A stretch of DNA of 64,000 nucleotides from positions 16,088 through 80,087 of the forward strand of contig JBOHSH010000045.1 of assembly GCA_050733195.1 (NCBI GenBank), given 5' to 3'. A program made the position numbers and the translations under genes. Shown here piece by piece: positions 1 to 9,670 of this stretch. Under the pieces are notes generated by a model. That model was not told where the DNA came from, searched no databases, and worked only from the letters and a program-made list of their open reading frames with translations. Every line of letters begins with the position of its first letter. Position 1 is the stretch's first letter. This DNA is from Gemmatimonadales bacterium. Lineage in GTDB: Bacteria > Gemmatimonadota > Gemmatimonadetes > Gemmatimonadales > GWC2-71-9.

Positions 1-109
1 CCCGCCGACCCCGAGGTCCTCCGGCTCCGCGACACGCTCGCCTGACCCGGGGCTCCGCCCCGCGCTTCTCCGGCCCTGGGTTTGCATACCGGTGGGTCGG
101 GGGAATCTC

Positions 110-514
110 ATGAAACGTTGGCGCAACTTCACGGTGGCGCTCCTGGCGCTCGCCTCGGACGGGTGCGGCTTCGAGCCGCTCGGGGCCGAGGGCTGGGCGG
201 CGCCCCCGGCCTATCGCGTCTGGTGGGAACGGACCGAGGCTTGCTCGGGACTCCGCGGCGCGTTCGAGCAGATGGAATGGTTCGTGGTGCCCGGCGACCG
301 GTTCGCCTGCCCCAGCGGGACCTGCGCCGGACGCTGGGAGCCCGGACGGATCTTCCTGGCCAGCGCCTGGGCTCACGACGAGATGGTGGTGCGTCACGAG
401 ATCCTGCACGCCCTGATCGGACGGGGCGGGCACCCTAACCCGCCCTTCGGGGCAGGCTGCCCGCTCACCCGGGAGAGCTGGCCCGGGAGCTACGGCGCCG
501 CCGCGATCGACTGA
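110..514 (+). CDS. small putative lipoprotein with HExxH (zincin-like) motif
   Basis: ORF 92..514. The ATG at 110 gives MKRWRNFTVALLALASDGC, a signal peptide with a lipobox-like Cys. HEILH motif near the C-terminus. Choosing 110 over GTG 92 is inference. Confidence 0.6.
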   Translation: MKRWRNFTVALLALASDGCGFEPLGAEGWAAPPAYRVWWERTEACSGLRGAFEQMEWFVVPGDRFACPSGTCAGRWEPGRIFLASAWAHDEMVVRHEILHALIGRGGHPNPPFGAGCPLTRESWPGSYGAAAID

Positions 515-523
515 GGCGGGGCG

Positions 524-985
524 TCAGAAGACGCCGCCGGGCCCCGCGATCAGATAGGTGAGCTTGCTGCTGCCGGTGAGGAAGAAGGGGGATTTCGTCC
601 CGAGGTACTGGACGAACTTCGCAAAGAGCCTCGGATCCGGCGTCGTCACGGCGACGCCGATCAGCACGTCCGGATTCGTCCCGCCGAAGTTCTCGTAGTC
701 CAGCAGGTACTTGTCCCGGTCGAACGAGCCGGCCAGCTGGCCGGGCAGGAGCGGCCCGAGGCCGACCGGCACGCCGCCCGCCCCGGTCTCCGGCGGCCAG
801 GTCTCGCTGTCGGCGTGGTAATTGAGCGTGGCGACCGCGATCGCACGGAACTCGTTGGCGACCTGCGCGGCGACCGCGTTGTTCCGGAGATCGACGTACT
901 TGAGCACCGCGATGCCGGCCAGCAGCGTCATCACGATGACGACCGTCATCAGCTCCACGAGCGTGAACCCGCGGCGCTTCTTCAT
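524..985 (-). CDS. type IV pilin / T2SS pseudopilin-like protein (prepilin N-terminal methylation motif)
   Basis: N-terminus MKKRRGFTLVELMTVVIVMTLLAGIAV is a class III signal peptide with G|FTLVE, Glu5 and a hydrophobic helix. No Cys pair. Overlaps the upstream gene by 4 nt. Confidence 0.8.
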   Translation of the reverse strand: MKKRRGFTLVELMTVVIVMTLLAGIAVLKYVDLRNNAVAAQVANEFRAIAVATLNYHADSETWPPETGAGGVPVGLGPLLPGQLAGSFDRDKYLLDYENFGGTNPDVLIGVAVTTPDPRLFAKFVQYLGTKSPFFLTGSSKLTYLIAGPGGVF

Positions 986-1491
986 GGACGCCCTCGATCG
1001 CGCACCGCGATCAGGCTCGAGCCGAGGAACGCCGTGAGCGAGTCGCTCGAGCGGAGGGTGATCACCGAGTCCCCCGAGGTGCCCGTCAGGCTGAAGGCGT
1101 CGCCTGAGGAAGCCTGGTACGTGATGTCGGGACTGCCGCCGCCGGCCTCCGCGAGGGTCGCGGGGAGGCGACCGGCGCGCCGCGCGTAGTCGAAGACCCG
1201 ATGGCGTTCCCGCACCAGCGTGAGCCGCATCGACGCGGCGGCCAGCCGGGGCGGCTCGGGGGGCACCGCTTTCGGGCCCGCGAGCCAGACCGGCTGCACC
1301 ACCAGCAGTACCGCGGCGGCAATGCCGACGACACCCAGGAAGCCGAGTCGCCGGCGGCGGTGGGCCGAGCTCAGCCGGCCGAAGCGCTCCGCGTCCTGCT
1401 TGGCCTCCTGATCCTTGATCGCCGCGCGCGCCGCCTCGTACAGGTTGGTCTTGCTGTCGCGGCGCATGGTCTCCTGACGGGGTCCCGTCAC
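982..1491 (-). CDS. hypothetical single-pass membrane protein
   Basis: 169 aa ORF with a charged N-terminus, one hydrophobic segment (LGFLGVVGIAAAVLLVVQPVWL) and an extracytoplasmic Ser/Thr-rich domain. Translationally coupled to the pilin gene by a 4 nt overlap. No family recognised. Confidence 0.6.
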   Translation of the reverse strand: MTGPRQETMRRDSKTNLYEAARAAIKDQEAKQDAERFGRLSSAHRRRRLGFLGVVGIAAAVLLVVQPVWLAGPKAVPPEPPRLAAASMRLTLVRERHRVFDYARRAGRLPATLAEAGGGSPDITYQASSGDAFSLTGTSGDSVITLRSSDSLTAFLGSSLIAVRDRGRP

Positions 1492-1501
1492 GCGTCTCTC
1501 C

Positions 1502-1879
1502 TCACCGGTCGAGCGGCAAGCCCGCGAGCGCGCGGGTCACCAGAGTGGGGAACGTCGCCACGTCGATCGGCTTCGTGATGTAGTCGTCGAAACCGGCCGT
1601 CCTGGCCTTCTCCCGATCTCCCGTCATCGCGTGCGCCGTCAGTGCAATCACCCGCACCGAAGACCACGGCGAATTCCGGATTTCTGCAAGGAGCTCGAAC
1701 CCGTCCCGGCCGGGGAGCTGGATGTCCATCAGCACGAGCTCAGGTTGTGTCCCCTCAAGCGCTTGCCAGAGCCCTTCGCCCGAAGCGAGCCCGGTGACCT
1801 GGTGCCCACTGATCCCGAGGATCGCTCGGAAGAGCTTCATGTTGTCCGGATTATCCTCAACGATCAAGATCCGGGCCAT
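1502..1879 (-). CDS. single-domain response regulator (CheY-like receiver)
   Basis: 125 aa: ILIVEDNPDN, LVLMDIQLPGRDG (phospho-acceptor Asp), VIALTA, ITKP. All canonical REC residues are present. Confidence 0.9.
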   Translation of the reverse strand: MARILIVEDNPDNMKLFRAILGISGHQVTGLASGEGLWQALEGTQPELVLMDIQLPGRDGFELLAEIRNSPWSSVRVIALTAHAMTGDREKARTAGFDDYITKPIDVATFPTLVTRALAGLPLDR

Positions 1880-1888
1880 GACACCTCG

Positions 1889-4099
1889 TTAGGACATTCG
1901 GGCACGTCGTAGCACTGCTCGCACCCGGGCCTGCAGCGACTGGGGCTGGACGGGCTTGGAGAGATAATCCTGGGCACCGAGATCCAGCACCTGGGCCTCG
2001 GTGTCATCGACCCGCGCGGTGAGGACGATAACGGGGATGCTCGATGTGAGCACCCGGGCGCGCAGCTCCTCGAGCACGCCGAGGCCGTCGAGCCGGGGCA
2101 TGTCGATGTCCAGGATCATCAGGTCGAAGGGCCCCGATTCGATCGCGTCGAGAGCGTCGAGGCCGTCGGCGGACTCGACGACCTCGTAGCCTTCCCGCTC
2201 GAGGATCCCGCGCACCAGGCGCCGCATCTGACGGTCGTCATCCGCGATGAGAATACGGGTCTTGCCGCCGGCCGAACCGGACGCAGCCATCGCCGAACGA
2301 ACCGGCCCGGGTACCGCGCTCACCGGCGCGGGTTCGGGTGCCACGGCCTCCTCCTCCGTGCCTCTCTCCCCGAGGACGCGGACGGCCTCGTCGAGCGACG
2401 TCTGCCCCTGCCAGACGCGCTCGAGCGCGCTCTCCCAGAGCGACCGCATGCCAAGGGCTCGGGACGCCGTCGCGAGCGCGTCGGGCTGTGCCCCCTGCTC
2501 GATCCGTTTGGCGACCGCGTCGTCGATGGGGAGGATCTCGAGCACCGAGAGCCGGCCCCGGAATCCGGTCCCCCCGCACGCCTTGCAGCCGACGGCGCGG
2601 CGCGGCGTGGCCGCGCGCTCGGCGGGCGGGCGCGCCTCGCGCGGAAGCTCCGACACGTCGATGGGAACCGAGCACGGCGCACACAGCTGGCGGACCAGCC
2701 TCTGGGCCACGATGCCCTTGAGCACCGACGCGATCTTGTAGCTGTCGACCCCGAGATCGCGGAGACGAACGACGGCGCCGGCCGCGTCGTTGGTGTGCAT
2801 CGTGGAGAGAAGGAGGTGGCCGGTGAGTCCGGCCTGGACCGCGATCTCGGCGGTCTCCCGGTCGCGGATCTCGCCGACCAGCAGGATGTCGGGATCCTGG
2901 CGGAGCAGCGAGCGCAGCGCGGTCGCGAAGGTGAATCCCTGGGCCTCGGTCACCTGGAGCTGCGAGATGCCCGGGATGTCGTACTCCACCGGATCCTCGA
3001 CCGTCACGATGTTCACCTTGCCGGTCCGGAGCTCGTTGATGACGGCGTACAGCGTCGTCGTCTTACCGCTACCGGTGGGCCCGGTGACGAGCACCACGCC
3101 TTCGCGGTGCCCGAGCAGCCGGCGGAACACCTGCTCGTCCGCCGCGGGAAGGCCGAGGTCCGCGACGCTGGTGCGCAGGTTGGCCTTGTCCAGGATGCGG
3201 ACCACGACCTTTTCGCCGCGCCGGGCCACCGGCGCCGTCGCGATCCGGAGATCCACATGCTTGCCGTCGACCCGTACCGCCGCCCGCCCGTCGTGCGGAT
3301 GCAGCGGATCGGTGACGTCGAGCTTCGCGAGGATCTTGATCCGGCGAACCAGCGCGGGACCGGCCGTCGCCGGAAGCCGCATGACTTCCCGCAGCACGCC
3401 GTCGATCCGGTATCGAACCGACGTCCCATCGGAGAGCGGCTCGGCGTGGATGTCGCTGGCCCCCTCGCGGACGCCGTCGCCGATCATCGCGTCCACGAGA
3501 CGCGTCATGGGGGCGTCGAGCGCGGGGTCGCGGTGCGGCGTCACGACCGGCCCTTCCTCCACCGTCTCGAGCCGGGCCGGCTCGAGCCCGTCGAGGAGCC
3601 GCATGATGCTCTTTTCCGGCCGGTAGAGGTCGTCGATTTTCTCGGCGATTGCCGCCGGTGTCGCAAGCTGCAGGATCACATCGCGACCCGCGACGAAGGC
3701 CAGCGTCCGCTCGAGCTCCGCGTCGCGAGGATCGGAGGCGGCGATGGTGATGGTGCGATCGTCGGCCGTGACCGGGACGACGCCCTGCTTTCGGACCACC
3801 GATTCGGGCAGGAGTACCGCCGCTCGGGGGTCGGTGGCGTCGAGGTCGGCGATACAGACCTTGAAGCGCGTCGACAGTGCCTGGAGGATTTGCGGCTCGG
3901 TGGCGTAACCGCGGCTCACTACCCGTTCCCAAACGCTCTCGCTCCCCCCTCCGCGGAGCTCTTCGGCCTGGACGCTCAGGATAGTCCCCGCTTCAGCCAG
4001 TGCGGCGGCAAGCCAGAGATCGGAGGGTTGGCCGGGGTCGACGGGCATACCAGCACCGCCAGATTCGCCGGGTGAACCGCGGCGAACTCGTGTCCGCAC
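1889..4099 (-). CDS. GspE/PilB-family secretion/pilus assembly ATPase with C-terminal receiver (REC) domain
   Basis: 736 aa. N-terminal T2SSE_N-like region, Walker A GPTGSGKTTT, tetracysteine CAPC...CKAC, an Ala/Pro linker, then a full REC (ILIADDD, LMILDIDMPRLDG, VIVLTA, LSKP) encoded at about 1892..2263. An alternative start is Met17 at 4051. Confidence 0.9.
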   Translation of the reverse strand: MRTRVRRGSPGESGGAGMPVDPGQPSDLWLAAALAEAGTILSVQAEELRGGGSESVWERVVSRGYATEPQILQALSTRFKVCIADLDATDPRAAVLLPESVVRKQGVVPVTADDRTITIAASDPRDAELERTLAFVAGRDVILQLATPAAIAEKIDDLYRPEKSIMRLLDGLEPARLETVEEGPVVTPHRDPALDAPMTRLVDAMIGDGVREGASDIHAEPLSDGTSVRYRIDGVLREVMRLPATAGPALVRRIKILAKLDVTDPLHPHDGRAAVRVDGKHVDLRIATAPVARRGEKVVVRILDKANLRTSVADLGLPAADEQVFRRLLGHREGVVLVTGPTGSGKTTTLYAVINELRTGKVNIVTVEDPVEYDIPGISQLQVTEAQGFTFATALRSLLRQDPDILLVGEIRDRETAEIAVQAGLTGHLLLSTMHTNDAAGAVVRLRDLGVDSYKIASVLKGIVAQRLVRQLCAPCSVPIDVSELPREARPPAERAATPRRAVGCKACGGTGFRGRLSVLEILPIDDAVAKRIEQGAQPDALATASRALGMRSLWESALERVWQGQTSLDEAVRVLGERGTEEEAVAPEPAPVSAVPGPVRSAMAASGSAGGKTRILIADDDRQMRRLVRGILEREGYEVVESADGLDALDAIESGPFDLMILDIDMPRLDGLGVLEELRARVLTSSIPVIVLTARVDDTEAQVLDLGAQDYLSKPVQPQSLQARVRAVLRRARMS

Positions 4100-4106
4100 T
4101 TCGGGT

Positions 4107-4136
4107 TTGCTCCGCTTGAGGTGTTATAACTACAAT
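4107..4136 (+). promoter_or_regulatory. candidate sigma70-type promoter for aroA
   Basis: TTGCTC (4107-4112), an 18 nt spacer, then TACAAT (4131-4136), 23 nt upstream of ATG 4159. Lies in a locally AT-rich divergent intergenic region. Pattern match only. Confidence 0.3.
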
Positions 4137-4158
4137 TCCAGCAAGCAACTAGCAAGCC

Positions 4159-5487
4159 ATGATCGGCAGCGCAGCGAATCGCTACATCTGCCGAATTTCC
4201 ACAGGATCGGCTCGAATGGGTGAGATCCCAAGCCTCCGGGTACCGGGGGACAAGAGCATCACTCACCGACTTCTCCTCCTGGCGGGCCTGGCGCCCGGTG
4301 TATCCAGGATCCGGGGCGCGCTGACTTCGCTCGATGCCCGCTCGACCGCCCGGATTCTGCGAGTTCTTGGCGTGCGCGTTTCGCCGCTTCGGCCGGAAGC
4401 TCAGGTTCGGGTGGTGGGCCGGGGCCGATTCCGCCGGCCGAAGTCTCCGCTCGACTGCGGCAACTCGGGTACGACGGCGCGACTCGTCATGGGGCTGCTC
4501 GCCGCCCACTCCTTCCGCGCCGTGCTCACCGGCGACGCATCGCTCCGGCGGCGGCCGATGCGACGGGTCAGCGAGCCCCTCGAGCGCATGGGCGCCCGGT
4601 TCGAGGGGAGAAACGCCGATCGGCTCCCGATCGCCATTCGCGGCGGGCCGCTTCGGGAGCTGTCCTGGGAGCTTCCCGTCTCGAGCGCGCAGATCAAGGG
4701 CGCGCTGCTGCTCGCGGGGCTCGCCGGCGCGCGCGCCGTCTCGCTCCGCGAGCCCGCGGGCCTCTCCCGCGACCACACCGAGCGGCTGCTCCGCGCCTTC
4801 GGCTTCACGGTGCGAAGCGGGGACGACGGCTGGGTGCATTTCGAGCCCGACGGCCGGCTCGAGTCGTTCGATCTCACGGTCCCCGGCGATCCGTCGTCCG
4901 CGGCCTTTCTCGTCGGCGCGGCCCTTCTCTCGGAGACTCCCCTCCGGATCGAAGGTGTGGGCATCAACCCGACCCGCACGGGCTTCCTGCGCGTGCTCGA
5001 GCGGATGGGCGCCGTGGTCGAGGTCGAGGACGCGCGCGACGAAGGGGGAGAGCCCGTCGGCAATCTCCTCGTGACCCCGGCTTCGCTGACGGCGGTCACC
5101 GTGGAGGCGGGGGAGATTCCCTCGCTGATCGACGAGATCCCGATGCTGGCCGTGCTCGCCTCGCGGGCGCGCGGGGTCTCGCGCTTTCACGACGTCGGCG
5201 AGCTTCGAGTCAAGGAGAGCAACCGGCTCGCGCTGCTGGCGGAGAACCTCCGCGGGCTCGGCGCGGACGCGCGCGTCGACGGCGACGCGCTCGAGATCGA
5301 CGGGGGATCCCCGCCGCCGCGGGGGCGGGTCCGGACCGAGGGCGATCACCGGATCGCGATGGCGTTCGCGGTGCTCGGCCTGGCGCCGGGGGCCCGGGTG
5401 GCGATCGATGACCTGGGCTGCGCGGCGGTGAGCTTTCCCGGATTCGACCGGGTGCTGCAACGCCTGCGCCGGAGGCGTTCCGCATGA
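4159..5487 (+). CDS. aroA: 3-phosphoshikimate 1-carboxyvinyltransferase (EPSP synthase)
   Basis: VPGDKSITHRLLLLAGLA motif and full-length similarity to the AroA family. An alternative start is ATG 4216. Confidence 0.9.
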   Translation: MIGSAANRYICRISTGSARMGEIPSLRVPGDKSITHRLLLLAGLAPGVSRIRGALTSLDARSTARILRVLGVRVSPLRPEAQVRVVGRGRFRRPKSPLDCGNSGTTARLVMGLLAAHSFRAVLTGDASLRRRPMRRVSEPLERMGARFEGRNADRLPIAIRGGPLRELSWELPVSSAQIKGALLLAGLAGARAVSLREPAGLSRDHTERLLRAFGFTVRSGDDGWVHFEPDGRLESFDLTVPGDPSSAAFLVGAALLSETPLRIEGVGINPTRTGFLRVLERMGAVVEVEDARDEGGEPVGNLLVTPASLTAVTVEAGEIPSLIDEIPMLAVLASRARGVSRFHDVGELRVKESNRLALLAENLRGLGADARVDGDALEIDGGSPPPRGRVRTEGDHRIAMAFAVLGLAPGARVAIDDLGCAAVSFPGFDRVLQRLRRRRSA

Positions 5488-6155
5488 CGGCGCCGCCGCG
5501 CGTCGTCGCCATCGACGGCCCGTCCGCGTCGGGGAAATCGACCACCGCGGCGGCCGTCGCCCGGGAGCTGGGCGCGATCCACGTCGACTCCGGCGCGCTC
5601 TACCGCGCGCTCACCTCCGTCGCCCTGGAGATGGGCGGCCGGGAGCCGGCCGGAGTGCTCGACGCCGCGGAAGCGCGCGGGCTGGCGCTCCGGCTCGTCG
5701 GTGACGAAGTGATCCCGTACCTCGATGGCCGTCCCGCCGAGGACCGGATCCGCGGGTCGGCGGTCACTGCGCTCGTTTCCGAAGTGAGCGCGTGGCCCGC
5801 GATCCGCGCCTGGGTGACCGCCAGGCTCAGGGAAGCGGCGGGCCCCCGGACGCTGGTCATGGACGGCCGCGACATCGGCACCGACGTCTTCCCCGACGCT
5901 CCGGTCAAGGTCTTCCTCGTGGCGACGCCGACGGCGCGCGCGAGGAGGCGGCTGCTCCAGCGCGGGGACCGCCCCGCGAGCCGGGACATCGACGCGGAGG
6001 CTGCGGTGCTCGCCGAGCGGGACCGGAGAGACAGCGCCCGGGCGGTCGCGCCGCTGCGCCGGGCGGATGACGCCGTGGAGCTCGACACCACCACGCTGAC
6101 CTTCGAGGAGCAGGTCGGAGAGATCGTTCGGCTCGCCCGGAGCCGCTTGCCCTGA
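5484..6155 (+). CDS. cmk: cytidylate kinase
   Basis: P-loop VVAIDGPSASGKST and typical Cmk length. ATGA overlap with aroA. The cmk-rpsA adjacency is conserved. Confidence 0.9.
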   Translation: MTAPPRVVAIDGPSASGKSTTAAAVARELGAIHVDSGALYRALTSVALEMGGREPAGVLDAAEARGLALRLVGDEVIPYLDGRPAEDRIRGSAVTALVSEVSAWPAIRAWVTARLREAAGPRTLVMDGRDIGTDVFPDAPVKVFLVATPTARARRRLLQRGDRPASRDIDAEAAVLAERDRRDSARAVAPLRRADDAVELDTTTLTFEEQVGEIVRLARSRLP

Positions 6156-6260
6156 TCCTCTTGTCCCGATAGCTTTTAGGGCTTCGCTCGGCCCACTTCG
6201 GGGACGAGCGGATTCACCTCAGCCCGGCGCCGCCCGGCCCGGTCGGAAAGTGATCCTGTC

Positions 6261-7967
6261 ATGTCCAGTCCCTCTCTTCCCGAGCCCCTCACCACCGCCA
6301 CCAGCCTCCGGGTCCGCGAGGACCTGATCGACGAGAACTACACGTCCGAGGACTACGAAAAGATGCTCTCGATGTACGAGGGCACGATGGCGCAGATCGC
6401 CGAGGGCGAGATCGTCAAGTCGCGCGTGCTCCGGGTGACGGAGAACGCGGTCATCCTCGACGTCGGCTTCAAGTCCGAAGGCTCGGTGCCGCTCGACGAG
6501 TTCAAGGAGCCGCCGAAGGAAGGCGACGAAGTCGAGGTCTTCCTCGAGCACCTCGAGGACCAGGAGGGCGCGGTCGTCCTCTCCAAGAAAAAGGCCGACT
6601 TCATGCGGGTCTGGGAGAAGATCCGCATCGCCTACGAGAACGATCAGCCGGTTCAGGGCACGCTGAGCAAGAAGATCAAGGGCGGTGTGGTCGTGAACGT
6701 CATGGGCGTCGACGCGTTCCTGCCGGGCAGCCAGATCGCGCTCCGGCGGGTGCCCAACATCGACGAGCTCCTGGGGCAGTCGTTCGAGTTCAAGATCATC
6801 AAGCTCAACAAGCGGCGTCGCAATATCGTGGTCAGCCGCCGGGTGATCCTGGAGACCGAGCGCGCGAGCAAGCGCGAGCTGCTGATGAAGGAGCTGCAGG
6901 TCGGCCAGGTCCGGAAGGGCATCGTGAAGAACATCACCGACTTCGGCGCCTTCATCGACCTGGGCGGCGTGGACGGGCTCCTCCACATCACCGACATGTC
7001 CTACGGGCGGGTGTCGCACCCGACCGAGCTGGTGCAGATCGGGCATGAGGTCGAGGTCAAGATCCTCGACATCGACTGGCAGCGCGAGCGGATCTCGCTC
7101 GGCATGAAGCAGCTCCAGTCCTATCCCTGGAAGGACGTGGCCGAGAAGTACCCGGTCGGGACCCGGGTGCAGGGCAAGGTCGTCTCGATCACCAACTACG
7201 GCGCGTTCGTGGAGCTCGAGCCCGGCATCGAGGGCCTGGTGCACATCTCCGAGATGAGCTGGACGCGCAACGTCCGCCACCCGTCCAAGATCGTGAGCAT
7301 CGGCGAGACCATCGAGGCGGTCGTGCTCAAGGTGGACGAGCAGGAGGAAAAGATCTCGCTCGGCATGAAGCAGACCGAGCAGGACCCGTGGATGGTGCTG
7401 CCCCAGAAGTACCCGGTCGGCACCCGGATCCAGGGCAAGGTGCGGAACCTCACCAGCTTCGGCGCGTTCGTGGAGCTCGAGCCCGGGATCGACGGCCTGA
7501 TCCACATCTCGGACATGTCGTGGACCAAGCGGGTCCAGCATCCGTCGGAGGTCGTGAAGAAGGGCGACACGGTGGACGTGATCGTCCTCAACATCGACGC
7601 CGAGAACAAGCGGATCTCGCTCGGCCTCAAGCAGGCCGAGGAGGATCCCTGGCTCCGCATCGGCGACACCTACCCGGTGGGCCTGACGCTCCGCGGCCGG
7701 GTCGTGCGGCTCATGGACAAGGGCGTGGTGGTCGATCTCGGCAACGACATCGAGGGCTTCGTGCCGCTCTCGCAGCTCGGGGTGGAGCAGCACGTCGAGA
7801 ATCCCGGCGACGTGGTCAAGGAGGGCCAGCCGGTCGACCTCTCGGTGATTGAGGTCGATCCGATCCACCACCGGATCGTCGTGGGGGTCACGGGCTACCC
7901 CGAGGACGATACCGGGGCCCCGGCGCTGCAGCCGCCGCCCCCCCCGGTGGAGCCCGCAGCCGAGTAG
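6261..7967 (+). CDS. rpsA: 30S ribosomal protein S1
   Basis: 568 aa with six repeated S1 domains (recurring GxVxxItdFGAFVdL...GLlHiSe pattern) and a Pro-rich C-terminal tail. Confidence 0.95.
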   Translation: MSSPSLPEPLTTATSLRVREDLIDENYTSEDYEKMLSMYEGTMAQIAEGEIVKSRVLRVTENAVILDVGFKSEGSVPLDEFKEPPKEGDEVEVFLEHLEDQEGAVVLSKKKADFMRVWEKIRIAYENDQPVQGTLSKKIKGGVVVNVMGVDAFLPGSQIALRRVPNIDELLGQSFEFKIIKLNKRRRNIVVSRRVILETERASKRELLMKELQVGQVRKGIVKNITDFGAFIDLGGVDGLLHITDMSYGRVSHPTELVQIGHEVEVKILDIDWQRERISLGMKQLQSYPWKDVAEKYPVGTRVQGKVVSITNYGAFVELEPGIEGLVHISEMSWTRNVRHPSKIVSIGETIEAVVLKVDEQEEKISLGMKQTEQDPWMVLPQKYPVGTRIQGKVRNLTSFGAFVELEPGIDGLIHISDMSWTKRVQHPSEVVKKGDTVDVIVLNIDAENKRISLGLKQAEEDPWLRIGDTYPVGLTLRGRVVRLMDKGVVVDLGNDIEGFVPLSQLGVEQHVENPGDVVKEGQPVDLSVIEVDPIHHRIVVGVTGYPEDDTGAPALQPPPPPVEPAAE

Positions 7968-8095
7968 CAACGACCCGCAGGCGGCTTCGTCACCGGCCCG
8001 AGGGAGGGCAGCCCCAGGCGGCGTCTCTCTTCGGGCCGGCGGTGCGTTCGAGCGCGGCTGTCCCCCCTGAAGCGTCTCCGGTATCTTCTCCGGCC

Positions 8096-9649
8096 ATGCC
8101 GACACCGCGCGAGCTACTCGATGACCTGCACCGGCGGCGGGCGGAAGCGGAGCAGGGCGGCGGCCCGGAGCGGGTCGCGCAGCAGCATCGCAAGGGCAAG
8201 CTCACCGCGCGCGAGCGCCTGGATCTCCTCCTCGACGAGGGCAGCTTCGTCGAGCTGGACCGATTCGTCACCCACCGATGCACGGACTTCGGGCTGGACG
8301 AGCAGGTGTATCCGGGCGACGGGGTGGTGGCCGGATCCGGGCGGATCGACGGCCGGCTCGTCTACGTCTTCTCTCAGGACTTCACCATTTTCGGGGGCTC
8401 GCTGTCCGAGACCCACGCCCAGAAGATCTGCAAAGTGATGGACCTCGCGGTGCGGAACGGCGCGCCCATCATCGGGCTCAACGATTCGGGCGGCGCCCGA
8501 ATCCAGGAAGGTGTGGCTTCCCTCGGCGGCTACGCCGACATCTTCCTCCGGAACACCCTGGCGTCCGGCGTGGTGCCTCAGATCTCGGCGATTCTCGGTC
8601 CCTGCGCCGGCGGGGCGGTGTACAGCCCGGCCATCACCGACTTCGTCTTCATGGTCCGGGGCGTGAGCTACATGTTCGTGACCGGCCCCAACGTCGTGAA
8701 GACGGTCACCCACGAGTCGGTAACTTTTGAACAGCTGGGTGGGGCGGACGTTCACGGCGAGGCCAGCGGCATCGCCCACGGCGTGTTCGGCTCGGAGCCC
8801 GAGTGTCTCGCGGCGATTCGCGAGCTCGTGGGGTACCTCCCCCCGAACAACCTCGACGCCGCCCCGGTGCTCCCGTCGGACGATCCCGAGGACCGGCGGG
8901 AGGCGTCGCTCCTCGATCTGGTCCCGGACCACGCCACCGCCCCCTATGACATGCGGCTCGCGATCCGCGCCGTGATGGACCACGGGGCCTTCTTCGAGAT
9001 CCACGCCGGATTCGCCCAGAACATCCTGACCGGGTTCGCCCGCCTGGGCGGCCGGTCGGTCGGCGTCGTCGCGAATCAGCCGATCGCTCTCGCGGGGGTG
9101 CTCGACATCAACGCGTCGGTGAAGGCGGCCCGCTTCATTCGCTTCTGCGACGCGTTCAACATTCCCGTCGTCACGTTCGTCGATGTCCCGGGGTTCCTGC
9201 CGGGGACCGCCCAGGAGCACGGCGGGATCATCCGGCACGGCGCGAAGCTCCTGTACGCCTACTGCGAGGCGACGGTGCCGAAGCTGACGGTGATCACCCG
9301 GAAAGCCTACGGCGGGGCGTACGACGTGATGAGCTCCAAGCACATCCGGGGCGACCTGAATCTCGCGTGGCCCACCGCCGAGATCGCGGTCATGGGGCCG
9401 AGAGGGGCGGCGGAGATCCTGTTCAAGGAGGAGATCGCCAGGGCGGCGGATCCGGAGGCGGAGATGCAGCGGCGGATCGACGAGTATACCCGCACCTTCG
9501 CCAACCCCTACCGCGCCGCCGCGCGGGGCTTCGTCGACGACGTGATCGATCCGCGCGACACGAGGCCGCATCTCATCGCCGGGCTGCGCATGCTGGCCGG
9601 GAAGCGCGACCGGAATCCTCCCAAGAAGCACGGCAGTATTCCCCTCTAG
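8096..9649 (+). CDS. acyl-CoA carboxylase carboxyltransferase (beta) subunit, propionyl-CoA carboxylase / methylmalonyl-CoA carboxyltransferase 12S family
   Basis: [32 protein letters not shown] and VVANQP..AG motifs typical of PccB/AccD5-type proteins. Start placed at MPTPRELL (ATG 8096) inside ORF 8042..9649. Confidence 0.9.
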   Translation: MPTPRELLDDLHRRRAEAEQGGGPERVAQQHRKGKLTARERLDLLLDEGSFVELDRFVTHRCTDFGLDEQVYPGDGVVAGSGRIDGRLVYVFSQDFTIFGGSLSETHAQKICKVMDLAVRNGAPIIGLNDSGGARIQEGVASLGGYADIFLRNTLASGVVPQISAILGPCAGGAVYSPAITDFVFMVRGVSYMFVTGPNVVKTVTHESVTFEQLGGADVHGEASGIAHGVFGSEPECLAAIRELVGYLPPNNLDAAPVLPSDDPEDRREASLLDLVPDHATAPYDMRLAIRAVMDHGAFFEIHAGFAQNILTGFARLGGRSVGVVANQPIALAGVLDINASVKAARFIRFCDAFNIPVVTFVDVPGFLPGTAQEHGGIIRHGAKLLYAYCEATVPKLTVITRKAYGGAYDVMSSKHIRGDLNLAWPTAEIAVMGPRGAAEILFKEEIARAADPEAEMQRRIDEYTRTFANPYRAAARGFVDDVIDPRDTRPHLIAGLRMLAGKRDRNPPKKHGSIPL

Positions 9650-9670
9650 CCCTCCGGGGACGCTGACCCG

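Noticed and set aside
1-45. Possible 3' end of a plus-strand CDS (PADPEVLRLRDTLA-stop) at the window edge
   Set aside because: Only 14 codons are visible. There is no way to distinguish this from a chance open frame, so it is not reported as a feature.
6185-6210. Hairpin CGCTCG-GCCC...GGG-A-CGAGCG in the rpsA leader as an S1 autoregulatory element
   Set aside because: The structure is plausible but short. I have no conservation evidence and no confident promoter to show that it is transcribed.
6219-8105. 628 aa minus-strand ORF covering the whole of rpsA
   Set aside because: It is antisense to an unmistakable S1 gene. Its periodic H/D/L/G/R-rich sequence mirrors the S1 repeats. Long stop-free antisense frames are expected at this GC content.
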